DNA of 49,342 bases, filler included, from Jimgerdemannia flammicorona (lineage: Eukaryota): the NCBI GenBank assembly GCA_003990765.1. It is 2 parts of 2 records of this genome, joined end to end, with 100 filler letters (N's around TTAATTAATTAA, not from the genome) between each part and the next. Parts side by side here need not be neighbours in the genome. Positions count along the whole stretch, not along the records: positions 24,723 to 49,342 come from RBNJ01000951.1; 1 more part is not named here. One strand, 5' to 3'. Positions 24,623 to 37,550 of this stretch are shown piece after piece. A model generated the notes under the pieces. The model had not been told where the DNA came from and made no database searches. It was given only the letters and a program-made list of their open reading frames with translations. The translations under genes were made by a program, and so were the position numbers. The stretch's first letter is position 1, and every line of letters begins with the position of its first letter.

Positions 24623-24722
24623 NNNNNNNNNNNNNNNNNNNNNNNNNNNNNNNNNNNNNNNNNNNNTTAATTAATTAANNNNNNNNNNNNNNNNNNNNNN
24701 NNNNNNNNNNNNNNNNNNNNNN
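24623..24722. other. Assembly gap: 44 N + TTAATTAATTAA six-frame stop linker + 44 N
   Basis: Directly visible. Confidence 0.98.
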
Positions 24723-24726
24723 CGCA

Positions 24727-25736
24727 CCAATCAAAAGGCCCCACCGAAGCAGCACCTGCCCCAGCCCCGACGACCGCCCCCAGCCTGGCACCCTACTGGT
24801 TCACCGTTATCGCCCTTCTGCCTATCTGTGACGGCCATCTCCCCTCCCAACCCGACAACACCCGAAAAGCAGTCACCTACGCCAGAACCGCGCTCGCCGG
24901 GAAGCTCGCCAAAGCCAGAGGGCCCCACCACAGGCACCGAGGACCTGCAGGTAACCTACACTGAGCACTTGACGCCCAAGGTCGGCCGACTCCCTACGTA
25001 GCCCGAGACACACCGAGACAACACCTTGTTGGCGACGGCAAAAGGAAGAAGGCACCGCACCAAAACGGGTATACCCCAGACGCAGCTGAAGGCACCAGAA
25101 TCCGCGAAAAAGTGGAGGAAGCACCGATCCGACACCGATAAAGGGGCAACTCATCACCATCGCCCTCCTCCCACCATGCCCCTGCAGGCACAGCAAACCA
25201 ACCTGAGGTAGAGGGGGTAATAGTAGGGGAAAGGGGACTCAGAAGGTCGCCTACCAAACCTTGTGACCGGTAAGGTAGCGGAGAAAGGAGCTGAAAGAGG
25301 GCAATGGTGATAAGTTACCTCTTTATCAGTATCAGATCAGTGTCTTCTCCACTTTTTTACAGTTTCTGGTACCTTTGACTGTATCTGGAGTGCATTTGTT
25401 TTAGTATGGTGTCTTCTTTCTTTTGCCATCATCAACAAGGTACTGTCTTGGTATGTTATGGGTTATATAGGGAGTTGGCCAACCTTGGGCATCAAGTGCT
25501 CAGTATAGGTTATCTGCAGATCCTTGGTGCCTGTGGTGGGGCCCTCTGGCTTTGGTGAGCTTCTTGGTAAGTGTGATTCTGATGTAGGTGACTGTTTTTC
25601 AGATATTGTCAGATGGGAGAGGAGATGGCCATCACAGATAGGAGGATGGACAATAACGGTAAATCAGTGGGGTACTAGGCTAAGAGTGGTCATCAGGGCT
25701 GGGGTGGATAATATTTCAGTGGAGTCTTTTGATTGG
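24727..25736. repeat. ~440-bp imperfect inverted repeat (arms 24727-25167 and 25297-25736) of an unclassified element
   Basis: For example GCCAAAGCCAGAGGGCCCCACCACAGGCACC versus GGTGCCTGTGGTGGGGCCCTCTGGCTTTGGT; similarity is continuous over the arms. Confidence 0.92.
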
Positions 25737-26376
25737 CTGGTAGAGGGTGGGGTAGTATAGGGACTGGTGTTCTGGCTGTACCCAACTGGAACTGGGAGCT
25801 GATGTAGCAATGCAATCAAGGCCTGTAGACTTGGGGAGTGGGGCCTTCCTTATTTAGCAGTATCTGACTGGAACCGGGAGCTGACACAGTAACATAATTG
25901 AGGCCTACAAGCTTGGGGAGTGGGAGTGGGGTCTTTTCCAGCCCTAGCCTATGTGTAAGTCCTTTGAGGAAGGTGCTGCATATAAGTCCTTTACTCATCT
26001 ACTTTGAATCTACTTTGCTCTTTGTTGGTTAGTTGAGGGGTTTTTTCTTTGCCTCAGGCTTTCTTTTGGAGTTTGGGGGGCTATTCTTTATTCAGTCCTA
26101 GTACTGCTAGATCTGATGCATAGGTGTGCTCTCACATGTAAATGATGATCCAGTCCTGGTGAGCAGACAAGTCTAGTATATGTCATGGAGTTGATGTAGC
26201 CAGTGTTTGACAGGTATAGCTGAAGCAGTGGGACTGCTGGACAATTTAGTAGCCTAGGTTAATGGGAGATATTGTTCAGTAAGTGGTGGGAGAGAGTTTT
26301 GGCCTATATAGTCTAGATTCTCTTCTAATAAAAATCTGCAGGACTATGAGTCTATTAAAAAAAAAAAAAAAAAAAA

Positions 26377-29300
26377 GACTAACCAGACAGCATCTAAATC
26401 TATAATAGCTTAGCAGTCATAGTATAGTTAGATTAGCCTTGTATGATGTGACTATAAACTGACTCAGCAGTCAGACAATCTCTTAATATATTAGATTATA
26501 CTTATACTACATAACTATATTCTGACTCAGCAAGGCACTAAGTAGTACTTCCAACAAATTGAATCAAATCGAATTTGGCCCAAACTCGATTCAATTCGAT
26601 TGAATCAAGGGTCCAATTTGATTCGATTCAAATTGAATAAAGGTCCAATTCAATTTGAAGTTTGATTCAAACCTTAATTTTCAAAATATAATAACTCGAT
26701 GAAAACTCATCCAAATTTAACATATTTTAGCTTGTTAGATTCACCGTATTAATGTGATTCTAACAAGCTAAAGTACGTTAGATTTGGATGAGGTTTTGCT
26801 GAGTTATTGCATTTTGAAAATTAGGATTCGAATCAGACCCTCAATTCGATTTGACTTTTGATTCAATTTGAATTGATTCGAATTGAAAAATCCCCAATTT
26901 GATTCGACTTGTTTAACCCTCAATTCGATTTGATTCCAATTGATTTGACTTGTTTGGGAGCACTAGCACTAAGTACTATATTCATATTCAGCATAGCTCA
27001 GATAGTCCCTCACTAGTATAAATACCCCCTCCCCCAGACCTTAAAATCTCAGACTTGAAGACTTGAACAATTTGAACACAACTCCTGAGCACTTCCCCAC
27101 AATATCCCTTTATACAACTATTTCTAATATAGTAATATTATGAATAGCAAATAAACCTATTTAATAACTCACAAATTACTCTTAAGTAAATCCACTCTCC
27201 ATTAGGTCCCACTCCTAACCCTATCATGAAATTTCCTAATTGGGTATTGTCTGCAGCAATATGCAAATTCAACTGAGCTGGTCTTAGTTTCTTAAACTTT
27301 CTGAAATATGGAAAATCCTGAACATTCAGAACTAGTTCAAAAAGAGACTTTAGTTGAGATGTTAACCCAATCTTGAAATCAATAAGTATAGAGAACATAC
27401 TCCATATGAAATTGATCTTGACCTTAAGAAAATGGTCTTTTAGAATATTCTGAACTTTCAGAAAACCCTTCCAGAATTATATAATGGTTACCCTAATAAG
27501 TAACCCTCTTATAACTTAGTAGCAGCAGTTTACAATTCAATTCCACTTCAAGATACTTCCTCACCCTACTACAAACCCCTCTGAGAATTCCTATAAGTTG
27601 ATATAAAGCCCAACCTCTGAACTGGAATTTATCCTGAACTATCTGACAATCTGGAGAGAATTGAACCTGATATATAAGGACAATTTGACCTCCACACCTG
27701 CAACAAGTGGGACAAACTTCATTCAAAGAAAGAAGTACTCTGATTAAATCAGCAGATAGGCAAAACTCTATTCATTGAACTCCTTGCCCTACACCCTATA
27801 AGTTAAGATAAAGAAGGTCTTATAGAAGCCTTCTTTACTCTTCTCAACAAGAGTTTTGTCAGCTCCACAAATCTAAGCAACCTAGAACAACCAGTAGCAG
27901 TCTTTCTAGTCTTAGTTTCTCATGAAGCCCAAGCCTCTATAGCCAAGTGGCTCAACTCTACTGACTTTTACCATACCAGGACCAAGACCACATTATATTA
28001 CTGATTCTAGAATAGTAAGGCCTGCCATATTCTTAAGGAAGAAGTAAGAGAAACCCTTTATCAATAACCTAACCCTGAACTAGAAGCAGGCCCTACTATA
28101 GCTCTACCTGAACCTGAAACCAATACTGAACCAGAACTTGACTTTGAATTAAGTCCATCTGAAATCAGATATACAACTGACTCTGTCTATTTTGATGCCA
28201 AGCAAACCCAACTATACAGGGACCAAGCTGAAGAGAAGGAGGAGTATCTCAGTAAATTCAATCCTAGATATACCACTAAAGGAGATATATCTCCATCAGG
28301 ACAGAATACACCTATACAGCAATAGACAGCTATCTATCAAGCCCTTACTTCAGACCCACAACTATTACTCCAGCAACTTATACAGACTTAAAGAATACCC
28401 TCATACTCTGCACCAGAACCTCAAGTAGTACTAGTAACATTATTACCAGTAGTCCAACTGCCTCTAGCAAACAATATGGCAAACTAACAGATTCTAGATC
28501 TTATAGCCCAGGTAGCAATAATGGTGGCAACCATTACTACCTTAGTTGAACAGATCTGACCTACCAAAAATCTGAGCCTATCTATCTTCAATAGTACTGC
28601 ACAAGAAGTCCAAAGCTTCATTAGTGTAGTTAATATCAACTTTGAAGCCAATTAATGACCAATGAGTAAGTTGCTGACTGTCTTCTAACAAACAATCAAG
28701 ACTATGCTCTGAAACAACTCTTTGCTACTACTATGGCCTATGTCCACCAAGTTGTTATATTCTTCTAAGGACCTACTAAAGAATGGTGGCGAACCCTTCC
28801 TGAAAAATCTCTCACATGGGACACCCAACCTGCAGTAGTTGCTCAGAATGCAGTGAATAATACTCCAGGATATAGAGCCCATCCTGCAGCCCCTGGACTG
28901 AAATAACTCATAATTGCTCAATACTATAGTGAAACCATAATTGCTAAATCTCAAGTAAAACTCCACAACCTCAAATTTGATATATATGGCAAGAAAGAAT
29001 TTGAAACCTTCTGTACAAAACTTGAGTCACTTCTGAACACCATTGGTCTAGAATATATTGCCAATGACAAAGCATGAAATGGTACAAGAGCAGACCATCT
29101 ATTTGATGCACTACCTGAATGGCTTATAAGAAAAATCTGAGAACAAGGACACCTAGTTGGTTGTAACCACCAACAATAGTGCCTGATAAGAATCAAGACT
29201 ATGGTCAAGTGAATCCTAACAGCTGGACCAATTCTGCCCTGAAGACAATTCAATAACAAGGAAAAGACTTAGACTAAGAAAGAAGAACCCAAGCATGAAG

Positions 29301-32300
29301 CATCCTGAGCTCCCTCAACATCCACCTCATGAACACTCAGAAATCATAAACCTACTCAGCCAAGTACCTTCAAGAAACTCACTGAAGGAGAAAGAAATGA
29401 ACTTTGAAGAAGTGGAGTATGCTTCTATTGCTGAAAGACAGGACATATGACCAGTACCTGTCCGAACTGAAAACCCTGAACAGCAATATGAGCAACTGTT
29501 ACTACCCTGCACCATCTCAATAACCTGATCACCAGAACACTGAACTTTATCAAGTTAAGACAAACTGCTAAGGCCCCAAGCAAAGGAAGTCAAAAGGCAG
29601 CTGGATATGACCTGTATGCAGCTGAAGAAGCTATAGTTTCCAACCAAGAAGTTAAGCAAGTCTATACAGGAATCAGTATCCAAATTCCTGAAGGACATAT
29701 TGGAAAAATATACTATTGCAGCAGCTTAGTATTGAAAGGACTCTCAGTAGAAAGAGGAGTCATTAATAAAGATTATACAGGTGAAATTATTGTTCTCATC
29801 CAAAACCATAGTTGGACACTCTTCAAAATTCCCATTGATTTCTATATTACTCAGATCCTATTTGAGAAAATTAAATCAACTCTGATAGTCAAGGAAGTCC
29901 CTAAACTACTACCTACTATCTGAGGATCCAAAGGATTTGGCTTATCAAGCAAGGCCTCAGCCCAACCTACTATGAACAAAGAAGAACAATTCTATAAGAA
30001 AATCAAAGATGGATATGTACCAAGTGGCCAATATCTCATGGCATTGAAATATACTCTTTTCAAATAATTGACAATTGCTTCTCTTATATCAATTAACTGG
30101 CTCAAAGAAGAACCAACAGAAGAAAAGCTCCTACAACTGAAATCACTACCATTGGATCAGACAAACTGCTTACACTTTAAGCTTTTGTCAACTGAGCATC
30201 TGTCAAGATTATGATAGACAGTGGTACCTCAGGCAACTTCATCAATAAAGAAACAGCCAACAGACTCAAGGTCTTTATCTCTCTGATACAACAAACTCAA
30301 GCAGTTGTTACAGCTGATAGAATCTCACATATTATTAGCAAGGAAGTCTGCAACCTACTCTTCCAAATTAGTGACTACTGAATATATGTTACTCTCTAGA
30401 TCATACCACTTTCTGACAATGAAATCATCCTTGAGACTCCATGGTTAAAACAAGAGAACCCCATGATTAATTGGGTAAACCATTCTCTGACCATTAAGAA
30501 AGAATATCACAACTTCAAACTGTAAGATGAAAAGGACCCACTCAGCTCTAGTGATTCTGAATTAAAGATCACTCACATCAACAAGCTACAGCTCAAAAAA
30601 TTGGCCAAGAAATGTCCTCTCTTTGCTATCTCTATCTGTCCATCCAAAGAAGAACCCGAGATCTCTAAAAAAGACTTTTCCAAAGTTGACAGCTGTGTTA
30701 GACCTCTACTCCAGAAAGTCCAAGACATATTTCTGAACTGAACTACAGAACCACCTGCACCTGTCATTATTAATGACCAAGAAGAATACAAAGTTGAATA
30801 AATCCTCAACAAATACAGCCACAAGAACTATCCAAATAGTACAACAATACTAGATCAAATTAGAAGGTCTCAATGAAGATGTCAAAAGCTAAGAAGGGGA
30901 GAGTTATAAGTACACAATCTCTAAGTTACCAAAATCACATATTATCCTCAGAACTAATTTGGAAACCATATGCAAGACTACAAAATAAGTTACTGAAGAG
31001 ATCATCTGATTACACAAAATATGTCAGCAAGTATGAGAACCTACTGCCAAGATACAAGAATACCAGAAGAAGTACTACAACTGTAAGACTAACTCTGAAC
31101 CTCTATAACTAGTTTAGTATACTGTACTATTACAAAAGAAAACTGAAAGTACCAAAATCAAACCAAGATAAGAAGAACCCTATCTTATCCATCAAAGGGC
31201 ACTTATCAACTTAAGATCAAAATATACTGCAACTATATAAGATCTCATTATTTAGCAAAAGTAAAATATATTTGAACAACTCTATTCGCTCTATCTGTGT
31301 CATCTCTGTTAGAGAGTGATGGATGCTTCATCTAAACTCAAGAAAGTCAACATTATTGAAACTAATCTCAAGCTATCCACGTGATAGATATTACTACTAG
31401 AAATTGTCTCAGATTATAGAAAATATCATTTCCAAGAGGTTTGAATTCCCAGCCATAATATTAAAAGCCCTTGCCCTAGACAAGAATGGCCAGTCCTCAC
31501 AAATATATCAGAAGTTTAAAAAAAAAAGAGAACCAAGACCTGTTATTCTTATACAACTACTGCCACCAAGGACAGTCTTAATCTTGCAAGAGATAGAAGT
31601 GACAATATCTTTAAAACTGATGATATCAGAAGTCAGAAAATTGCTCAGACTTTATCAGAGATAATGTTATCAATAGTGATGTTATTAAAGACTAACCAGA
31701 TAGTATCTAAATCTATAAATAGCTTAGCAGTTATAGTATAGTTAGATTAGTCTTATATGATATAACTGTGAACTAACTCAGCAATCAGACAATCCCTTAA
31801 CATATTAGATCACACTTATACTATATGACTGCATTCTGACTCAGTAAGGCACTAAGTACTATATTCATATTCAGCATAGCTCAGATAGCCCCTTACTAGT
31901 ATAAATACCCCCTCCCCCAGACCTTAGAATCTCAGACTTGAAGACTTGAATAATCTGAACACAACTTCTGAGCACTTCCCCACAATATCCCTTCACACAA
32001 CTACTCTTAGTATAGTAATATCATGAATAGCGAATAAACCTATTTAATAACCCACAAACCACTCTTAAGTAAATCTACTCCCCATTAGGTCCTACTCCTA
32101 ACCCTATCATGAAATTTCCTAATTAGATATTGTCTACAGTAATATACCAATTCAACTGAGCTGGTCTTAGTTTCTTGAACTTCCTGAAATATAGAAAATC
32201 CTGAATATCCAGAACTAGTCCAAAAAGGGACTTTGGTTGAAATATTAACCCAATCTTGAAATTAATAAGCATAGAGGATATACTCTATATGAAATTGATC

Positions 32301-32396
32301 TTGACCTTAAGAAAATGGTCTTCCAGAATATTCTGAACTTCTAGAAAACTCTTCTAGAACTATATAATGGTCACTCTAACAAGTAACCCTCTTACA
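26377..32396 (+). mobile_element. Gypsy family A copy A3: truncated 5' LTR (to 27513), gag-dUTPase-PR (28476-~30500), RT/RH/IN deleted, 3' LTR 30905-32396
   Basis: Reverse-complement homology to 1-3730; junction from the RT start to EPPAPVIIND at ~30740; PPT; CTTACA end. Confidence 0.92.
26543..26965. mobile_element. hAT-type MITE / foldback element inserted in the A3 5' LTR
   Basis: 8-bp TSD GCACTAAG (26535-26542, 26966-26973); TIRs TAGTACTTCCAACAAA / TTGTTTGGGAGCACTA; empty site at ~31849. Confidence 0.92.
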
Positions 32397-32644
32397 AAAG
32401 CCCAAGAAGGGTATGTTAAGTACTAGCAAATAGTGATTTTTGAGATAGAAATAGGTCAGGAACAAAATCTTTCCAATGATTAATATCACTTTATATATAT
32501 ACTATAAATTTTGTAAAAAAATTATCTAAAACAAATAAAATTCATATTATATATATAAAGCCCAGATGCTGCTTTATTAAATAAAATATAGAGTATAATT
32601 ATATTCATATTTAGACCATAATATATTGTCTCTTATTATATATT

Positions 32645-33110
32645 TATTAAGATCTCCTTTACTATCTTTTCTTTATCATCTTTATACCTTTTGCTATCTT
32701 TAACTCATTTATTATTTTCTATTTATTATTTTTAATCTGTTTACTATCTTCTCTTTGCTATTTTTAACTTATTCTTTACTGAGATCTCCTTTGCTGTCTT
32801 TTCTTTACCATTTACCATCTTTGACCTATTTGCCATCTTCTATTTACTGTCTTTAACTCATTTACCATTACTGTCTTTAACTTATTCACTATTACTATCT
32901 TTAACTCATTCACTATCTTTAACTTATTTGCTATCTTTGTCTCATTCACTATCTTTTCTTTGCTGTCTTCACTAAGATTCTCTTTTTTATCTTCTCTTCA
33001 CTGTCTTTAACTTGTTTATCATCTTTACTAAGATTCTCTTTATTGTCTTTCTGTCTTTATATCCTTTACTATCTTCAATTAATCTTACTATCTTCTCTTT
33101 ACCATTTATT
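32645..33110. repeat. Degenerate pyrimidine-rich minisatellite (TTTACTATCTT / ACTGAGATCTC-type units)
   Basis: Many recurring ctttactatcttt and tttgctatctt motifs. Confidence 0.85.
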
Positions 33111-34129
33111 AATATACTATAATTAAAGAGAAAACAATATATTATTAATATTGAAAAGATAAGAAAAGCTTATAATAAAATATATTGAACAGATACAGAT
33201 ATAGAAATAACAAAAGATATTGAAGAGTAGAATGAGATCTTTACTGAGAGTGAGAGTGAGAGTGAGAATGAGAATGAATCAGATGAGAAGAATGAGTAGA
33301 GTGAGCTTTTGACTAAGATGTAGTCTATTGAATCTGAAGAAAAATCTCATCTACATATAGCTTATACTAGTTCATCTCAGATATTAAAATATTATTAAAA
33401 ATTATATATAAAAGAATTAGAAAGAGCTACTATAGGAATATATGATATTACTTTATTCTTTCAAAGAACTATTATTGCAGAAACTACAGATACTATAGAG
33501 ACTATATTTGATGAGAAATTAATAGTTGAAAAAAAGATAATAGATGAAATTAAGGAATATCTTAGTAATATAAAATCTATTAGTACTGAAGAAAAAGTCA
33601 AACTATAAGCTATTCTTCAATATCTATATCTACATCAAACAGAAATAATAAAAGATAATATAAGTTTATAGATTGCTACTGCTAATGATAAAACAAAATA
33701 CTGAGTATATTATCTTATAAGCTGAACCAAAGAATGGAAAGCTAATGGAAAGATTAAATTATCATATAGAGAAAAGCATCCAAAAACTAAAAATCTATTA
33801 ACTGAAAATAATATCAATTTGACTCTTAGCTCTTAGTTATGTAGTTATAAGTTTGATATTACTTCTCAAACTCTCTAAAAGTATATCAATAAAATCATTC
33901 TTCCAAACATTAGTATTTTGAATAAGAAAAAATATATCAGTAGGAAAACTGCATCTAGATGGCTATTAGCTCTTGGATAGACTCATTTAGAACAAAAAAA
34001 GATATTTTGATAGTTATAAGAGAGAAGATATTGTTACATATTACTAAAAAATTTTGAAGTAAATAAAGATATATATGAGAGATATATAATTAGAGCAGAT
34101 TTTGCTTTATTTTTAGAAAAGGTATCTAT

Positions 34130-35400
34130 ATCTATATTATCAAAGGTTCTATCTTCAGATTCCTCCTTCTCTTTATCTATATCTGTATTATTGCTAAAGA
34201 CTTTATCTTTGAGGGCTTTATTATGAATTTCTATGCTGAAGGCTTCATTATCTACATTGTTGCCAAAGGCTCTATCTTTGGAGACTTTATTACAAATTCC
34301 TATGCTGAAGACTTTACTATCTATATTATTACCAAAAGCTCCACCTTTAGGACTTTGTTATGAATTTCTACACCAAAGGCTTCTTTATCTATATTATTGC
34401 TGAAGACTCTATCTTTGGAGGCTTTATTATAAATTTCTGTCTCATTATTCATATCTATATTGTTGCCAAAGACTTCATTATCTATATTATTACCAAAGGC
34501 TCTATCTTTGAAAGCTTTATTATGAATTTCCATGCCAAAGGCTTCTTTATCTGTATTATTGTCAAAGACTCTATCTTTAGAAGCTTTATTATGAATTTCT
34601 GTACTGAAGGCTTCTTTATCTATATTATAAATTTCTACTCTATCATCTGTATCTACATTATCACTAAAGACTTCATCATCTATATAAATTTCTATACCAA
34701 AGACTTTTTTATCTATATTATTACTGAAGACTCTATCTTAGGAGACTTTATTATGAATTTCTATACTGAAGACTTCTTTATCTATATTATAAATTTCCAT
34801 CCTATTATCTGTATCTATATTATTACCAAAGGCTCTATTTTCAGAGACTTTATTACAAATATTTATACTAAAGACTTCTTTGTCTACATTATTGTCAAAA
34901 GCTCTATCTTTAGAGGCTTTATTACAAATTTTTACATCAAAGACTTCTTTATCTGTATTATGAATTTCTACTCTATCATCTGCATCTATATTGTTATCAA
35001 AGACTTTATCATCTATATAAATTTCTATATCAAAGACTTCTTTATCTATATTATTGCTGAAGGCTCTATCTTCTAGAGCTTTATTATAAATTTCTGCACT
35101 GAAGACTTCTTCATCTATATTATAAATTTCCACTCTATCATCTATATCCACATTATTACTGAAAGTTTCATTAGCTATATTTGAAGGCTCTATCTTTGGA
35201 GGTTTTATTATGAATTTCTATGCCAAAGGCTTTTTTATCTACATTATGAATTTCTGCCCCATTATCTATATCCATATTATCACTAAAGACTTTATTGTCT
35301 GCTCTATCTTCAGGAGCTTCATTATGAATTACTACCTTATTATTATCTATATCATCATTCACATCATCATCCACATTATCTTCAGAAGATTCTGAGGCTC
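34130..35400. repeat. Degenerate ~66-bp/composite tandem array inside the transposase; minus strand reads NNIDKEVF.IEIHNKASKDRAF repeats
   Basis: Recurring ctctatcttt..gctttattatgaatttc..aaagacttctttatctatattatt; ORFs 34738..35151 and 34321..34533. Confidence 0.88.
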
Positions 35401-36429
35401 TAGTAGCTTTTAATCTTGAAATTGCTACTCTATCTAATAGTGAGTATCTATTAGTCTTTTATACTTATAATAAGAATATTTTTTACTCAAATGATTCTCA
35501 AAATATAATCTGGTATCTAACCAGAGAAATGCTACTTTAAAAGAAAGATAAAAAGAAGATCTATTATAGTTAGTAAATTTATTTCAGAAGTTAATAGACT
35601 ATTGAAATATATTTATGAAGATAGTATAATCTTAGAAGCTAGAGAAATCATTCATTCTGGAAAAAATCATAATAGCTACTAAACTGATATAGATATGCTA
35701 AGTAATTCAAAAAAGCTATAGTAATTTATCAAGAGAAATTTTCTAACTATGATGCTTTATAGATATTTGATAACTTATCAAATAATAACTATTTTACTGA
35801 TGATATATGTATTGTAGGTGAGCAATATGAATCTTAATTCTGATGAAAAGCAAGTACTGTTAAGAGATATATATATTCTTCAATAGTATAAAATAAATAA
35901 TGTTCTTTTCTGATAATTATCCTAATGAGAAGCTGAGAGAAAAAGTTAAAGATATGAAACAAATACTGATAGAAAGAGAACTTTGGTAAGAAGATTTGTT
36001 GAAAACTTATAATAAATACAAGACAGCTACTATAGACTTTACATAATATTATACTCAATGAATTTTGAAACTATAATCTAATTTTATAGCTTAGAAATCT
36101 TTATTAGAGGAGATTGCTGAAAAAGAAGGTCAAAATATTACCTTTTATCCAAAGTTTTATTGTGAACTTAACTTTATTGAGATGTATTGGGGAAAAGTAA
36201 AGTAGTATATCAGAAAATATTATAACTATACCTTCAAAGGTCTTTAAGAAATAATATCTATAGCCTTAGATTTAATTGAACTTATATTTATTTAGAAGTT
36301 TATAAGAAAGGTTTTTAGATATATAGATGCTTACAAATTAAGACTCACTGATCTTGATATAAAGAGATAGATGAAGAAGTATAAATCACATAGACAAATT
36401 TCTTTGAATTGGAAAAATGATAATAATTA

Positions 36430-37550
36430 GACTCTTTCTCTTCACTGTTTTTCCTTTGTTATTTTCTCTTTGCTATCTTTACCCTCTTTACTATCTTCTC
36501 TTTGCTATCTTTATCATATTTACTATCTTACCAAGATCTCTCTTTATTATCTTTCTTTTACTATCTTTACTATATTTACTATTTTTACTGAGATTTCCCT
36601 TCATTATATTCCCTTTGCTATCTTTACTATATTTGCTATTTTTATTAAGATCCTTTTTACCCTTTGCTATCTTACTAAGATTCCTCTTTACTATCTTTTC
36701 TTACTATTTCACCAAGATCTCTTATCTTTATTATCTTTATTATATTTACTACCTTTGCCATATTTGCCCTTCACTGTCTTCCTTTTTTACTATTTTTATC
36801 TAAGATCCCTCTTTACTATCTTTTCTTACCATCTCACTAAGATCCCCTTTGTTATCTTTTTTTTACTAACTTTACCACCTTTACTATCTTTGCCCTTCAT
36901 CATCTTTGCCCTTCACTATCTTTCTCCTTTACTATTTTCTCTCTTTACTATCTTTCTCTTTACTATCTTCTCTCTTTGCCATCTTCTCTTCACTATCTTT
37001 ACCATATTTTCTATCTTATGCCATTTTACTAAAATTCTTCTTTGCTGTCTTCTTTTTACTATCTTTATCATATTTGTCATCTTTTTCCTTTACCATCTTT
37101 ATCATGTTTCCTATTTTACCAAGATCCTCTTTTGTTATCTTTCCTTTGCTATCTTTACTATGTTCATTGTCTTTATTAAGATTTCCCTTCTCTATCTTCT
37201 CTTTATCATCTTTACCTTATTTATCATCTTTACTAAGATCCTTTACAGTCTTTATCTCTTTGCTATCTTTACTCCCTTCTCTATCTTCTCTTTGCTATCT
37301 TCTCTTTGCCATCTTCTCTTTGCTGTCTTTACCTCCTTCACTGTCTTTACCCTATTTATCAACTTTACTGAGATCTCTTTTTACTATATTCTCTTTGTCA
37401 TCTTCTCTTCACTGTCTACTTTCTTCACTATCTTTCTCCTTCACCACCTTTACCTCTTTACTATCTTTCCTTCACTATATTTACCTCCTTCACTATCTCC
37501 ATCTTTACTGAGATCTCTATCTACTTATCTGAAAATCTTTATTATCTTTA
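36430..37550. repeat. Degenerate pyrimidine-rich minisatellite, same unit family as 32645-33110
   Basis: Recurring tttactatctt, ctctttgctatc and actaagatcc motifs. Confidence 0.88.

Noticed and set aside
24667..24678. TTAATTAATTAA as a biological motif
   Set aside because: Embedded symmetrically in Ns, so an assembly linker; the similar TAATTAATTAA at ~49148 has no Ns and is probably chance
34360..35076. 238-aa F/I-rich plus-strand ORF
   Set aside because: By-product of the tandem array; low complexity
34130..35400. CRISPR-like array
   Set aside because: Degenerate tandem units without unique spacers; no cas genes; eukaryotic TE context
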